Source of the DNA: Candidatus Harpocratesius repetitus
GTDB lineage: Archaea; Asgardarchaeota; Lokiarchaeia; Sigyniarchaeales; Promethearchaeaceae
Assembly (NCBI GenBank): GCA_021498095.1
Contig: JAIZWK010000001.1
Coordinates: 2,829,450-2,853,449 of the forward strand
Length of the DNA: 24,000 bases
Reading direction: 5' to 3'
Made by a program: the position numbers and the translations under genes. Below are positions 1 through 9,044 of this stretch, piece by piece. A model generated the notes under the pieces. That model saw only the letters and a list, made by a program, of their open reading frames with translations. It did not search any database and was not told the DNA's origin. The stretch's first letter is position 1, and every line of letters starts with the position of its first letter.

Positions 1-470
1 CAAGCGATTCCAATAAGTAACGTATGATTTCGCTTATTAAAATAATAAGGATCGCTGTACTTCCCAGAAGAGAAGAATGTATCTAATATTTTAAAGCTAC
101 GTGCATCGCAATTTCTTATCCCAAAAATGATTTGATTATTAATTTCTGCTCCTTTTTCCGCAATCTTAATGTTGTTACCTTCTATTTCATAGGAAAAAAG
201 CACTTCACTTTGTGGGAATAGAAATTTTTTTGGTGCTATACGAATATTTTGATATTCTGGAAATTCGTATTCTTCATTTAATACATCAACATAATCAAAA
301 ATTAACTCATTGTTTTTGGTTTTTTCTTTACTTTTATCTTTATTTTTATGAGTCGGAAGTATGAGTTTATATTCTTTATTTAATCTTTCCAAGAATATTT
401 TTAGTTCTTCTTTTGGAATAACTTTGAAGCAGTCTTGACTATTTTGATTCTGATTTCCTGTCCCTTCCAT
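1..470 (-). CDS. FeS oxidoreductase subunit, AsrA/HydB-like N-terminal part (partial; C-terminus runs off the window start)
   Basis: Not in the supplied track. Hand translation of the minus strand from ATG 470-468 gives 156 codons without a stop: MEGTGNQNQNSQDCFKVIPKEELKIFLERLNKEYKLILPTH...QIIFGIRNCDARSFKILDTFFSSGKYSDPYYFNKRNHTLLIGIA. The GxRxCD...LD..F...DPYY..R pattern resembles the N-terminal region of the anaerobic sulfite reductase A / sulfhydrogenase beta family. It lies 18 nt after the stop of the preceding gene, and AGGTG overlaps that stop. Confidence 0.6.
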   Translation of the reverse strand, partial: MEGTGNQNQNSQDCFKVIPKEELKIFLERLNKEYKLILPTHKNKDKSKEKTKNNELIFDYVDVLNEEYEFPEYQNIRIAPKKFLFPQSEVLFSYEIEGNNIKIAEKGAEINNQIIFGIRNCDARSFKILDTFFSSGKYSDPYYFNKRNHTLLIGIA

Positions 471-488
471 GTATCTTTTCACACCTAC

Positions 489-1529
489 CTATTCCTCACT
501 CATAATAAATTCTTGAGGATCTTCATTATTATAAGATCCCAGTACGGATTTACTTCCCAATTCTACCTTTTCAATATTCCAACGATCTCGTACAGATTTT
601 CGTAGTTTTTTATAAATTAAATGAATATCTACTCCTTCTGGACAAGCACGGGAACAAGCATCACATCCTGCACAACGCCCTGCTAAGTGGAGTGCTCGTG
701 TCATATGGAAGAGAACCTTTTCAGAAAGATCGTCGTTTTTATCAAACCATTGAGGTTGGTTTTGATCTATGAAACATATCTTGCAATAACATAACGGACA
801 AGCATTTCTACAAGCCATGCATAAAGTGCATTTTTCCAATTCACTAGTAAAATAATTCCATCTTTCTTGAGCTGCTTTGGCTTCAAATTCAATAACATCT
901 TGATACTCATCAATTTTTTGATATTTCATTAATTCTTCAGAATTAGGTGTTTGTTTTTTGGCAGAAACTTCAATTTGGTAATCAAATTCATCTGGTATTT
1001 TGTTTTTACAGAATAAGCAAGAATCAGAAAGAATTTTATCGAAATTTATGATTTGTTCTTCTTTATGAGTCAAGATTTTAATCTTAGTTCCTTCAATACT
1101 TCCTTTTATTATTTCAGAATTTCCAATTATTTTCTTAATTTTATTTAAATCGATAATTCCGTAATCACAAGGCACTCCGATGATAATAACATCTTCTCGT
1201 TTAATTTGCTTCTCATTTATTAAAACAATTAATGAATGAATCTCACAGTTTTTTAAAATAATTCCTACTTTTTTGGTATGAGGTTGTTCTAAAAGAAATT
1301 TTACAAGATTTAAATTACAGTAATCTGTCCAAATTAAGCGCTCAATATCATCTTCTGATTCAATAAATAGAGGTGCTGCAGTTAATGGTAAAGGTCCGGG
1401 TTCAAATCCTAAAACATACTCCACTTCTTCTTCTAGTAGAATCTGCTTTACAATTCTTTTCAGTGAATTTTGTATTTCTTCCATTTTTCCAATTTTTTCT
1501 ATTTCTTTATTCTCTTCTTTTTGTTCCAT
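489..1529 (-). CDS. 2x[4Fe-4S] electron-transfer subunit, FrhB/AsrA-like
   Basis: Track ORF 489..1544. Two ferredoxin motifs, CTLCMACRNACP and CAGCDACSRACP, are separated by about 40 aa. The N-terminal half (KKVGIILKNCEIHSL...IIIGVPCDYG) is FrhB/FdhB-like. I moved the start to ATG 1529 because GGGGGTGAT (1534-1542) sits 4 nt upstream, and the gene then abuts rather than overlaps the mvhD stop at 1531-1533. ATG 1544 remains possible. Confidence 0.75.
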   Translation of the reverse strand: MEQKEENKEIEKIGKMEEIQNSLKRIVKQILLEEEVEYVLGFEPGPLPLTAAPLFIESEDDIERLIWTDYCNLNLVKFLLEQPHTKKVGIILKNCEIHSLIVLINEKQIKREDVIIIGVPCDYGIIDLNKIKKIIGNSEIIKGSIEGTKIKILTHKEEQIINFDKILSDSCLFCKNKIPDEFDYQIEVSAKKQTPNSEELMKYQKIDEYQDVIEFEAKAAQERWNYFTSELEKCTLCMACRNACPLCYCKICFIDQNQPQWFDKNDDLSEKVLFHMTRALHLAGRCAGCDACSRACPEGVDIHLIYKKLRKSVRDRWNIEKVELGSKSVLGSYNNEDPQEFIMSEE

Positions 1530-1530
1530 T

Positions 1531-2145
1531 TTAATCACCCCCACTCTTCATTTGGGTAAAAAGTCGATTGGGACCCAATTTCTTTACTTGTTCAGTAACC
1601 TTTTTAATAATTTTTGCAAAAGCGACTCCTTCAGCAGCAGATACCCATGAAAAATTAACACGTCCTTTCTCAATTCCCATGAATTCTAAAAGATCTTCGA
1701 TTATGGAAAATTTTCGGCGTGCATAATAATTTCCAGATATGTAATGACAATCGCCTGGATGGCAACCACTAACAAGGACTCCATCCCATCCGACTTGCAA
1801 ACTTTTCAAAATAAAAAGTGGATTAATTCGACCTGAGCATGGTACTCGAACAATTCGAACATTAGGGGGATATTGAATTCTGCTTACCCCTGCGAGATCA
1901 GCACCTGCATAACTGCACCAATTGCATAGAAAAGCCAGAATTTTTGGTTCCCACGATTCATCTGAAGTATTAGTAATTTCAATTTCATTAAGTGTGCTCA
2001 ATTCGTTATTCTTTTTAATCTTATTAATTTCCTCTTCTTCCAAAATAGATGCTTGGCCAATATCCTTGATATCTACGGCTTGCTCTTCTGCATTTTTTAT
2101 ATTATTATGCATGTTTTCTTGATTTTTTATATTATTTGAATTCAT
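1531..2145 (-). CDS. mvhD: MvhD/FlpD-domain protein (methyl-viologen-reducing hydrogenase delta subunit family)
   Basis: KILAFLCNWCSYAGADLAG...VRVPCSGRINP...SGCHPGDCHY is the MvhD domain Cys pattern. GGAGGT lies 9 nt upstream of ATG 2145. There is a roughly 65-aa Asn/Glu-rich N-terminal extension. Confidence 0.88.
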   Translation of the reverse strand: MNSNNIKNQENMHNNIKNAEEQAVDIKDIGQASILEEEEINKIKKNNELSTLNEIEITNTSDESWEPKILAFLCNWCSYAGADLAGVSRIQYPPNVRIVRVPCSGRINPLFILKSLQVGWDGVLVSGCHPGDCHYISGNYYARRKFSIIEDLLEFMGIEKGRVNFSWVSAAEGVAFAKIIKKVTEQVKKLGPNRLFTQMKSGGD

Positions 2146-2161
2146 AATGTATGGACCTCCA

Positions 2162-5100
2162 CTATTTTAGCTCGTTAATAACGAGATACATTTCCTCATT
2201 GGTAAATCCGAATAAATCTATAGCGGAACCTCGACAACTAGCTGCACAAGCACCACATCCTTTACATAAGGCAGAATTTATCTCAGCAATATTTCGTTCC
2301 TCATTCATCGTTATAGCATTATATGCACAAATTTCTATGCATAAACCGCAACCAGAACACTTTACAGCATTAATTGATGCTACAATACCTTCTGTTTCAA
2401 TTTCATCTTTACTCAAATATGTTAAAGCACGGGAAACAGTTGCATTAGCTTGCATGATTGATTCATCAATGGTTCGGGGAGAATGAGCTAATCCACATAG
2501 AAAAATTCCTTCTGTTGCAAAATCAACAGGTCGCAGCTTAACGTGTGCTTCCAAGTAAAACTTATCACTATTAAGTGGAACCTTTAACATAGGGGCTAAT
2601 TTTTCATTGGATTCGTATGGAGGCCTTATTCCAACACTTAAGACTAAAAGATCTGGGTTTAAATCAAGTGAACCAATATTGGGTGAATTTACATGAAGAA
2701 TTAGATTATTATTAATTTTTTCAAGTTCAGGAGGGGATTCAGGTTCAAAGTGGATAAAAAGAACACCTTTAATTCGAGCTTCTCGATAAAATTTTTCCTT
2801 AAGACCATAAGTCCGAATATCACGATAAAGGACAATAACCTCCTTTTCTGGATATAATTCTTTAAGTTTTAATGCATTTTTAATGGCTTCAGAGCAACAA
2901 ACTCGACTACAATATGGATATTCCTCATTTCGAGAGCCGATACATTGAATCATCACAATTTTCTGAACATCTGATCCAATATCTTTCTTGAATAATTGTT
3001 TTTCAAACTCGATTTGAGTAATTACTCTTGGATCTTTAGAATATAAATATTCTGTAGGTTCATAAGGTACACCACCAGTAGCAACTATGATAATACCATG
3101 CTCCAAAGTTGTTTCTTTTCGTTCACCGTTATCAATATAATGGATGGTTGTTTTAAAATTTCCAATGAATCCATCGATCGATTCAATTTCGGTTCCCAAA
3201 TATACATCCAATTTAGGATTTGAATTGGTTTGATTAATCAGATTTGAAATATAATCTTGAACACTCTCATGTGTTAGCATTTCATGAATATTTTTTGCAA
3301 ATCCTCCCAATTCATTAGTTTTCTCAAGGATATAAGTATGAAATCCCTGTTTTGCAAATCCTAAGGCAGCAGTTAAGCCAGAAATTCCGCCGCCAATTAC
3401 CAAAACCTTATGTGACATCTTTAAAATAGTTCTTTTGAGCGGTTCAATTTTATTCGCCTTAGCCACAGCCATTCTAACCAAGTCTTTTGCTTTCTGAGTA
3501 GCTGCTTCAGGTTCATGCATATGTACCCAACTACATTGATCTCTGATGTTTGCCATTTCAAAAAGATATGGATTTAACCCAGCTTCTTGAAGTGTTTGCT
3601 GGAAAAGCGGTTCATGTGTTCGAGGAGTGCAAGAAGCTACAATGACTCGATTTAAATCATGAGTTTGAACACTTTCGACTATTTTTTGTTGAGTATCTGC
3701 AGAACATGTATAAAGATTATCTTCAGAATATTCGACATTCTCCAGCTTACTAGCATATTCAACAACTCCAGGCACATCAACAACGCCACCTATGTTGATC
3801 CCACAATGACAAATAAATACTCCAATTTTTGGGGGATCACCTTGAACATTTCTTTCAGGTGGCAATTCTTTCTTTGTGACAAGGGTATTTCGAGCAGAAT
3901 TTAACAAAATATTTACATGTGCAGCACTAGCACTTGCTTGAATAACACTTTCTGGAATATCCTTTGGTGAACTAAATGCTCCACACACGTAAATACCTGG
4001 TTTTGATGTTTTGGATTGTTCAAATGTGTCTGTTTGGCAGAAATTGTATTCATTAAGTTCAATACCCAATACTTTACTTAATTCTATAGCATCAGAAGGT
4101 GGAGTTAATCCAACACTAAGAACAACCATGTTATATTCTTCAGTTTTTATTGTGCCATCTTCAACTTCATAATTTAAGATCAAATTATCATTATCAGGAT
4201 TCTCCGCAATAGAAGAAATCCGGGAGCGTATATATTTGATTCCATATTCATCTTTAGCTCTATCAATATACTTATCAAAATCCTTACCGTAAGCTCTTAT
4301 ATCCATTGTGAAAATTGTAGGATTTACTTGGTGTTGATGTTCTTTGGCGATTACAGCTTCTTTTGCTGTGTACATACAGCAAACAGAAGAACAGTAGGGA
4401 TGAGCATGATGAACATCTCTTGATCCAACACACTGAATAAATGCAACCTTTTCAGGAATTTCTCCATCAGAAGGCCGTAAAACCATCCCTGAATAGGGAC
4501 CACTAGCACTTAAAATTCGTTCAAATTCGATACTCGATACTACATTTTTATACTTCCCATATCCATACATCTTTAATGGAGAAGGATCGAATTCGTCAAA
4601 GCCAGGTGCTAAGATAATTGCGCCAATATTGATAATTTCTTCAACTTTTTCTTGAGAATATTCCACTGCATGAGCTTTACAAACACTTTGACAAATACCA
4701 CAACCAATACATTTTTCTTTATTGATTGAAAAAATTAAAGGAACAGACTGTGGATATTTAACAGAGATTGCATGATTAATAACCATTTTTTCATTATATA
4801 TATCGATACTCTCCATAGGACATTCTTGAGCACAAACTCCACATCCAGTACAAGCATCTTGATTGATATACAGTGGATTTTTTAATAAACGAACTTGAAA
4901 ATTCCCCGCTTCACCTTCTAAACCAAGGATTTGGGAATTAATTATAAGATTGATATTCGGATTGCGCCCAGTCTCTACGAGTTTTGGTGAAAGTATACAC
5001 ATCGAGCAATCATTGGTTGGAAATGTCTTATCTAATTGAGACATAACACCTCCAATACCTGCGCTTTTTTCAAGTAAATAGACTTTAAATCCGGATTCTG

Positions 5101-5170
5101 CTAGATCCAATGATGATTGAATTCCAGCAATTCCACCTCCGACAACTAAAACTGCACCAATTTTTTCCAT
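2162..5170 (-). CDS. hdrA: Heterodisulfide reductase subunit A family, double-module fusion (1002 aa)
   Basis: Two dinucleotide-binding motifs (VVGGGIAGIQ, VIGGGISGLT). LDKTFPTNDCSMC. Two QC[VI]GSR...YCSxxCC motifs. An internal IGVFICHCGINIGG (the canonical HdrA N-domain). Inserted and C-terminal ferredoxin motifs (CTGCGVCAQECP, CIGCGICQSVC, CSGCGLCIEIC, CKGCGACAASC). Confidence 0.92.
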   Translation of the reverse strand: MEKIGAVLVVGGGIAGIQSSLDLAESGFKVYLLEKSAGIGGVMSQLDKTFPTNDCSMCILSPKLVETGRNPNINLIINSQILGLEGEAGNFQVRLLKNPLYINQDACTGCGVCAQECPMESIDIYNEKMVINHAISVKYPQSVPLIFSINKEKCIGCGICQSVCKAHAVEYSQEKVEEIINIGAIILAPGFDEFDPSPLKMYGYGKYKNVVSSIEFERILSASGPYSGMVLRPSDGEIPEKVAFIQCVGSRDVHHAHPYCSSVCCMYTAKEAVIAKEHQHQVNPTIFTMDIRAYGKDFDKYIDRAKDEYGIKYIRSRISSIAENPDNDNLILNYEVEDGTIKTEEYNMVVLSVGLTPPSDAIELSKVLGIELNEYNFCQTDTFEQSKTSKPGIYVCGAFSSPKDIPESVIQASASAAHVNILLNSARNTLVTKKELPPERNVQGDPPKIGVFICHCGINIGGVVDVPGVVEYASKLENVEYSEDNLYTCSADTQQKIVESVQTHDLNRVIVASCTPRTHEPLFQQTLQEAGLNPYLFEMANIRDQCSWVHMHEPEAATQKAKDLVRMAVAKANKIEPLKRTILKMSHKVLVIGGGISGLTAALGFAKQGFHTYILEKTNELGGFAKNIHEMLTHESVQDYISNLINQTNSNPKLDVYLGTEIESIDGFIGNFKTTIHYIDNGERKETTLEHGIIIVATGGVPYEPTEYLYSKDPRVITQIEFEKQLFKKDIGSDVQKIVMIQCIGSRNEEYPYCSRVCCSEAIKNALKLKELYPEKEVIVLYRDIRTYGLKEKFYREARIKGVLFIHFEPESPPELEKINNNLILHVNSPNIGSLDLNPDLLVLSVGIRPPYESNEKLAPMLKVPLNSDKFYLEAHVKLRPVDFATEGIFLCGLAHSPRTIDESIMQANATVSRALTYLSKDEIETEGIVASINAVKCSGCGLCIEICAYNAITMNEERNIAEINSALCKGCGACAASCRGSAIDLFGFTNEEMYLVINELK

Positions 5171-5181
5171 GTTACTTCACT

Positions 5182-6006
5182 TTATTCAATTGCAATATAT
5201 ATTGGACTCAAATCCTTAATTGTTGTTAAATTAACCAATCCCCTCTGCCGTAAAACTAATATATGGCTTAAAACTTCGCTTGATGCAAGTTTAAGTTTTC
5301 TTGAGAGATCTCGCACAGAACTGGGATTATTTTTAAGAGTTACGTAAATATAATTACGGATATATTCAGTTTGGACTGCCTCTTCCAATATATTAGCATA
5401 TTTATCTTCATCGACTTTTTCTTCATAAACATTTCCTTGATTTAAAATACTTCGTTCCCTTCCAACCAATTTCCGAATTCTTCCATCTGATACGACTCGC
5501 TTAATTGCTTCCATCTTTGAAATCAGAGATTTTTCTGGAAAATCTTTATTTTTGGGTGAAAGTGGGGAAGGTCCCATTGTCCTTATGTTTTCAGTAAAAT
5601 CGGATACAATTTGGCTAAAATATGTGCCTTCAGCAGCTGAAACCCAATTTAATTCAACCCTCTTTTCTAACTCGATATTTTTTAGTAAAATTTGAAGCAT
5701 TTCATAATTTGCTTTAGCTTCGTAATTTCCTTCACCATAGTGACAATCACCTAAATGACAACCAAGTATTAGAATCCCATCAATTCCCTTTAAAAGAGCA
5801 TCAGCAACGAAAACAGGATCAACCCGACCACTACACATAACTCTAATAACACGAATATTTGGAGGATATTGAAGTCTACTGACTCCAGCTAAATCTGCTC
5901 CTGCATAAGAGCACCAATTACACAAAAATCCTAATATTTTAGGCTCAAAGTCTTTTTTAACTTCAGATTTATTATTTGGCTCAATGTTATCCTTACTTTC
6001 AGTCAC
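5182..6006 (-). CDS. mvhD: MvhD-domain protein fused to a C-terminal winged-helix-like domain
   Basis: KILGFLCNWCSYAGADLAG...VMCSGRVDP...GCHLGDCHY is the MvhD pattern. The C-terminal IYVTLKNNPSSVRDLSRKLKLASSEVLSHILVLRQRGLVNL...SPIYIAIE reads as HTH plus wing. The track start at 6045 overlaps hdrA by 47 nt. I prefer GTG 6006, with GGAGGG 8 nt upstream and GTGACTGA overlapping the hdrA stop. Confidence 0.85.
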   Translation of the reverse strand: MTESKDNIEPNNKSEVKKDFEPKILGFLCNWCSYAGADLAGVSRLQYPPNIRVIRVMCSGRVDPVFVADALLKGIDGILILGCHLGDCHYGEGNYEAKANYEMLQILLKNIELEKRVELNWVSAAEGTYFSQIVSDFTENIRTMGPSPLSPKNKDFPEKSLISKMEAIKRVVSDGRIRKLVGRERSILNQGNVYEEKVDEDKYANILEEAVQTEYIRNYIYVTLKNNPSSVRDLSRKLKLASSEVLSHILVLRQRGLVNLTTIKDLSPIYIAIE

Positions 6007-7699
6007 TTGTTGTTCCCTCCAATAGTGCCGCAATCTGAGATTCAATTTGATTATCGGTAAAATGTCGCATTACAATAGCATGTTCAGGACATGTCGTAGC
6101 GCATGCACCACATCCTTTACACAATACTGCAGTAACGACCACCTTATCATCTTCATCTCTTGAAATAGCTTTATAATTACATTTTTTCAGACAAACTTCA
6201 CATTGAATACATTTATCTTGATCAATCCATGCAGTACCCCCTTCAACACTGAATTTTCCCTTTTTCAATATCCGACTGGCTCTGGAGGCTGCAGCATATC
6301 CTTGTGAAATAGATTCTGGAATATTACCAGGCCATCTACAAGTACCACATACGAATATTCCATCATTTGAAAAATCTACAGGTCGTAATTTTATGTGAGC
6401 TTCAAGGAAAAATCCATACTCATCGATTGGAACTTTTAGCATTTTAGAAAGTGATTCGCTCTCTGGATATGGAATTAAAGGAGTGGATAGCACCACTAAA
6501 TCACATTCAATCTCAATATTACCATTTTGGGAGAAGTTGTAATAAATAACGCTATGATCAGTAACTTCTGGAGGATGTGCTTCATCGTATCGAGAAAAAA
6601 TAATTCCTTCCTTTCGAGTGTCTCGATAAAATTCTTCTTGATACGTTCCAGAAGTATAAATATCACGGTTTAAAATAAAGATCTCTGTTTCTGGATTATT
6701 CTTTTTAATAATTCGTGCGTTTTTCATGGCAGTCATACAACAAATTGTCGAACAATATGGTCGTTCGGGTATTCTAGACCCTACACATTGAATCATTACT
6801 ATTTTCTGATAAGTAAATTGATCTTGTTTTAGTAATTCTTCTAATTCTTTCTGCGTAATAACCCGTTTGCCATCATAATTATAATATCCTTCAGGTTTTA
6901 ATACATCCGACCCTGTAGCGACAATAATAGCTCCAACCTTCACACTTCTCTCTTGTTTTGACTCCTCTCCTTTTTCCTTTTCAGTAGATTGAATTTTAAT
7001 ATCAAAATTTCCAATATATCCCTCAATAGATGAAATTTCTGAAGAGGTGTAAACTTTAATCAAAGGATTAGAAAGTATTTCATCCCTTTTTCTTAATATT
7101 TGTTCGGGATCCATGTTATTCGGAAATAATTTATGAAGGGTAAGTAATTGACCGCCTAATTGCGGTTTTTTTTCTACAATAATTGTTTGAAAACCTTGAT
7201 TTGCTAATATCTCAGCCGCACTCATTCCACTAATTCCTCCACCAATAACTAAAGCAGATGGTTCAACATCGATTTGATGTTTTTCGAGTGCTTCCAATAA
7301 ACTCGCTCTAGCTACACCCATTCGAATTAAATCGCGGGCTTTTGAAGTTGCCTTTTCGTGATCCATTTGATGGACCCAAGAACATTGTTCACGAATATTA
7401 ACAAATTCAAAAAAATAAGGATTTAATCCCATTTCTTTACAAATACCTTGAAACAAAGGCTCATGAGTACGTGGAGTACAAGCAGCAACTACAACGCGAT
7501 TTAAGTTATTTTCCTTAATTCCTTTTTTGATTGCTGATAATCCTGTTTCAGAACATGTATACAAATTTCTTTGGGTGAAAACCACATTATCCAAGGTTTT
7601 AGCATATTCAGTTAAAGAGGGAACATCTAAAATGCCGCCGATATTTGTTCCACAATGACAAATGAAAACACCAATCCGAGTTTCTTCTTTTTTCTTCAT
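5999..7699 (-). CDS. hdrA: Heterodisulfide reductase subunit A (canonical-type N-domain + FAD domain + C-terminal ferredoxin)
   Basis: RIGVFICHCGTNIGG near the N-terminus, VIGGGISGMS, MIQCVGSR...YCSTICC, and C-terminal CIQCEVCLKKC / CKGCGACATTCP. Possible starts are GTG 7708, ATG 7705 and ATG 7699. I prefer 7699 because GGTGAT lies 4 nt upstream, the same geometry as at 1529. The stop is TGA at 5999-6001. Confidence 0.9.
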   Translation of the reverse strand: MKKKEETRIGVFICHCGTNIGGILDVPSLTEYAKTLDNVVFTQRNLYTCSETGLSAIKKGIKENNLNRVVVAACTPRTHEPLFQGICKEMGLNPYFFEFVNIREQCSWVHQMDHEKATSKARDLIRMGVARASLLEALEKHQIDVEPSALVIGGGISGMSAAEILANQGFQTIIVEKKPQLGGQLLTLHKLFPNNMDPEQILRKRDEILSNPLIKVYTSSEISSIEGYIGNFDIKIQSTEKEKGEESKQERSVKVGAIIVATGSDVLKPEGYYNYDGKRVITQKELEELLKQDQFTYQKIVMIQCVGSRIPERPYCSTICCMTAMKNARIIKKNNPETEIFILNRDIYTSGTYQEEFYRDTRKEGIIFSRYDEAHPPEVTDHSVIYYNFSQNGNIEIECDLVVLSTPLIPYPESESLSKMLKVPIDEYGFFLEAHIKLRPVDFSNDGIFVCGTCRWPGNIPESISQGYAAASRASRILKKGKFSVEGGTAWIDQDKCIQCEVCLKKCNYKAISRDEDDKVVVTAVLCKGCGACATTCPEHAIVMRHFTDNQIESQIAALLEGTTSD

Positions 7700-7704
7700 T
7701 TTCA

Positions 7705-9021
7705 TCACCGATTTAGTTTATACAAGTATTCAGCGGCTTTTGCAGCTGCCCCTGAAGCATTCACCACAGAATGAGGAATATCCATGGGACCAAGACAAGT
7801 TCCGCATGCAAATATTCCAGAAATATTAGTGCTGACAGGAGTTTCGAGATTAGTTTTTATAAAATTAAATTCATCTAATTCTAAATCTAATATACTTGTT
7901 ATTTTATCCGAATTTTTTGTTGGTATCATAGCTGAAGCCAATATAACCAATTCAACTTTTTTTGTTTTTATTTCAAATGTATTCAAATCTTCATAATATA
8001 GAATAGGATTATCATTTTCATCGATTTTAATTTCAGCAACTTTACCTCGAATATACTTGACATTATATTCATTTTTCGCTCGATCTACATATTTTTGAAA
8101 GTTTTTCCCACCAGCTCTAAGATCTATATAAAAAATGTATGATTGCAATTCAGGATCATGTTCTTTAGATAAAATTGCATGTTTTGTTGAATATGTGCAA
8201 CAAATTGATGAACAATATGAATTTGTCCGTATATCCCGTGATCCTACGCATTGTATGAATGCAATTGTCTTTGGAGGTTTATTATCTGATAATCTTCGTA
8301 TATGTCCACTAGTTGGACCAGAAGCACTAATCATTCGTTCATATTCTAAACCTGTAATTACATTCTTGTATCTTTTATATCCATAAAGATGCAGAGGGCT
8401 TGGATCATATTGGTTTGATCCAATTGCGACAATAATTGCATCAGTCTCTAAATGATATAACTCATCCGTCTGCATAAAGTCTATAGCATCTTTTGGACAA
8501 ACTTTTTGGCAAAGACCACAGACTTCTTTATTTTTATCCAAATTTTTCAATCGTAAGCAGTATTCCTTATCGATTGCCATAACTGCGGGAATTCCTTGCA
8601 AATAATACAAGTAAATTGCTTTTCTTTTTCTCATTTCCATATCAAATTGATCATCGACTTTAACAGGACATTTTGCAACACATTGCCCACAGTTAATGCA
8701 TGCACTCTCGTCAACAAATCTAGCTTGTCGCTTTAATGTTACATCAAATTTTTTTCCAATCTTTTTCACAGCTTCAATTTGAGTTAAAGAATGAATTTTA
8801 ATTTGTGGGTGACGAAAGCAATCAGAGAGTTTTGGGGCAAGTATACAAATTGAACAATCATTGGTGGGTAAAGTCTTATCTAACTGAGCCATTCGACCTC
8901 CAATGCACGGTTTTTGTTCAATCAAATCAACTTGATAATCCATATCACCTAAATCGAGAGATGCTTGAATTCCTGCAATTCCACCCCCGATGATCATCAC
9001 TCTTTTAGTGTGCTCTTCCAA
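7705..9021 (-). CDS. hdrA: HdrA-like FAD/FeS protein (N-module only, 438 aa)
   Basis: IIGGGIAGIQ, LDKTLPTNDCSICIL, the inserted ferredoxin CINCGQCVAKCP / CGLCQKVCP, and FIQCVGSRD...YCSSICC. It is colinear with residues 1 to about 440 of the 1002-aa paralog. TTG start at 9021 (GTG/ATG 8 codons later are possible). It ends TGATGA. Confidence 0.88.
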   Translation of the reverse strand: MEEHTKRVMIIGGGIAGIQASLDLGDMDYQVDLIEQKPCIGGRMAQLDKTLPTNDCSICILAPKLSDCFRHPQIKIHSLTQIEAVKKIGKKFDVTLKRQARFVDESACINCGQCVAKCPVKVDDQFDMEMRKRKAIYLYYLQGIPAVMAIDKEYCLRLKNLDKNKEVCGLCQKVCPKDAIDFMQTDELYHLETDAIIVAIGSNQYDPSPLHLYGYKRYKNVITGLEYERMISASGPTSGHIRRLSDNKPPKTIAFIQCVGSRDIRTNSYCSSICCTYSTKHAILSKEHDPELQSYIFYIDLRAGGKNFQKYVDRAKNEYNVKYIRGKVAEIKIDENDNPILYYEDLNTFEIKTKKVELVILASAMIPTKNSDKITSILDLELDEFNFIKTNLETPVSTNISGIFACGTCLGPMDIPHSVVNASGAAAKAAEYLYKLNR

Positions 9022-9044
9022 TTTTACTCACTTCTGTTCCGATC

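Noticed and set aside
7695-7712. The 438/569-aa HdrA junction as a frameshifted pseudogene or as a TGA-selenocysteine read-through (prompted by PSTK in the same window)
   Set aside because: The downstream ORF is in a different frame with its own GGTGAT SD and ATG. The upstream frame ends TGA TGA (two consecutive stops). The break coincides with the inter-module linker of the fused paralog. It looks like genuine gene fission. Only a read-level check could exclude a sequencing indel.
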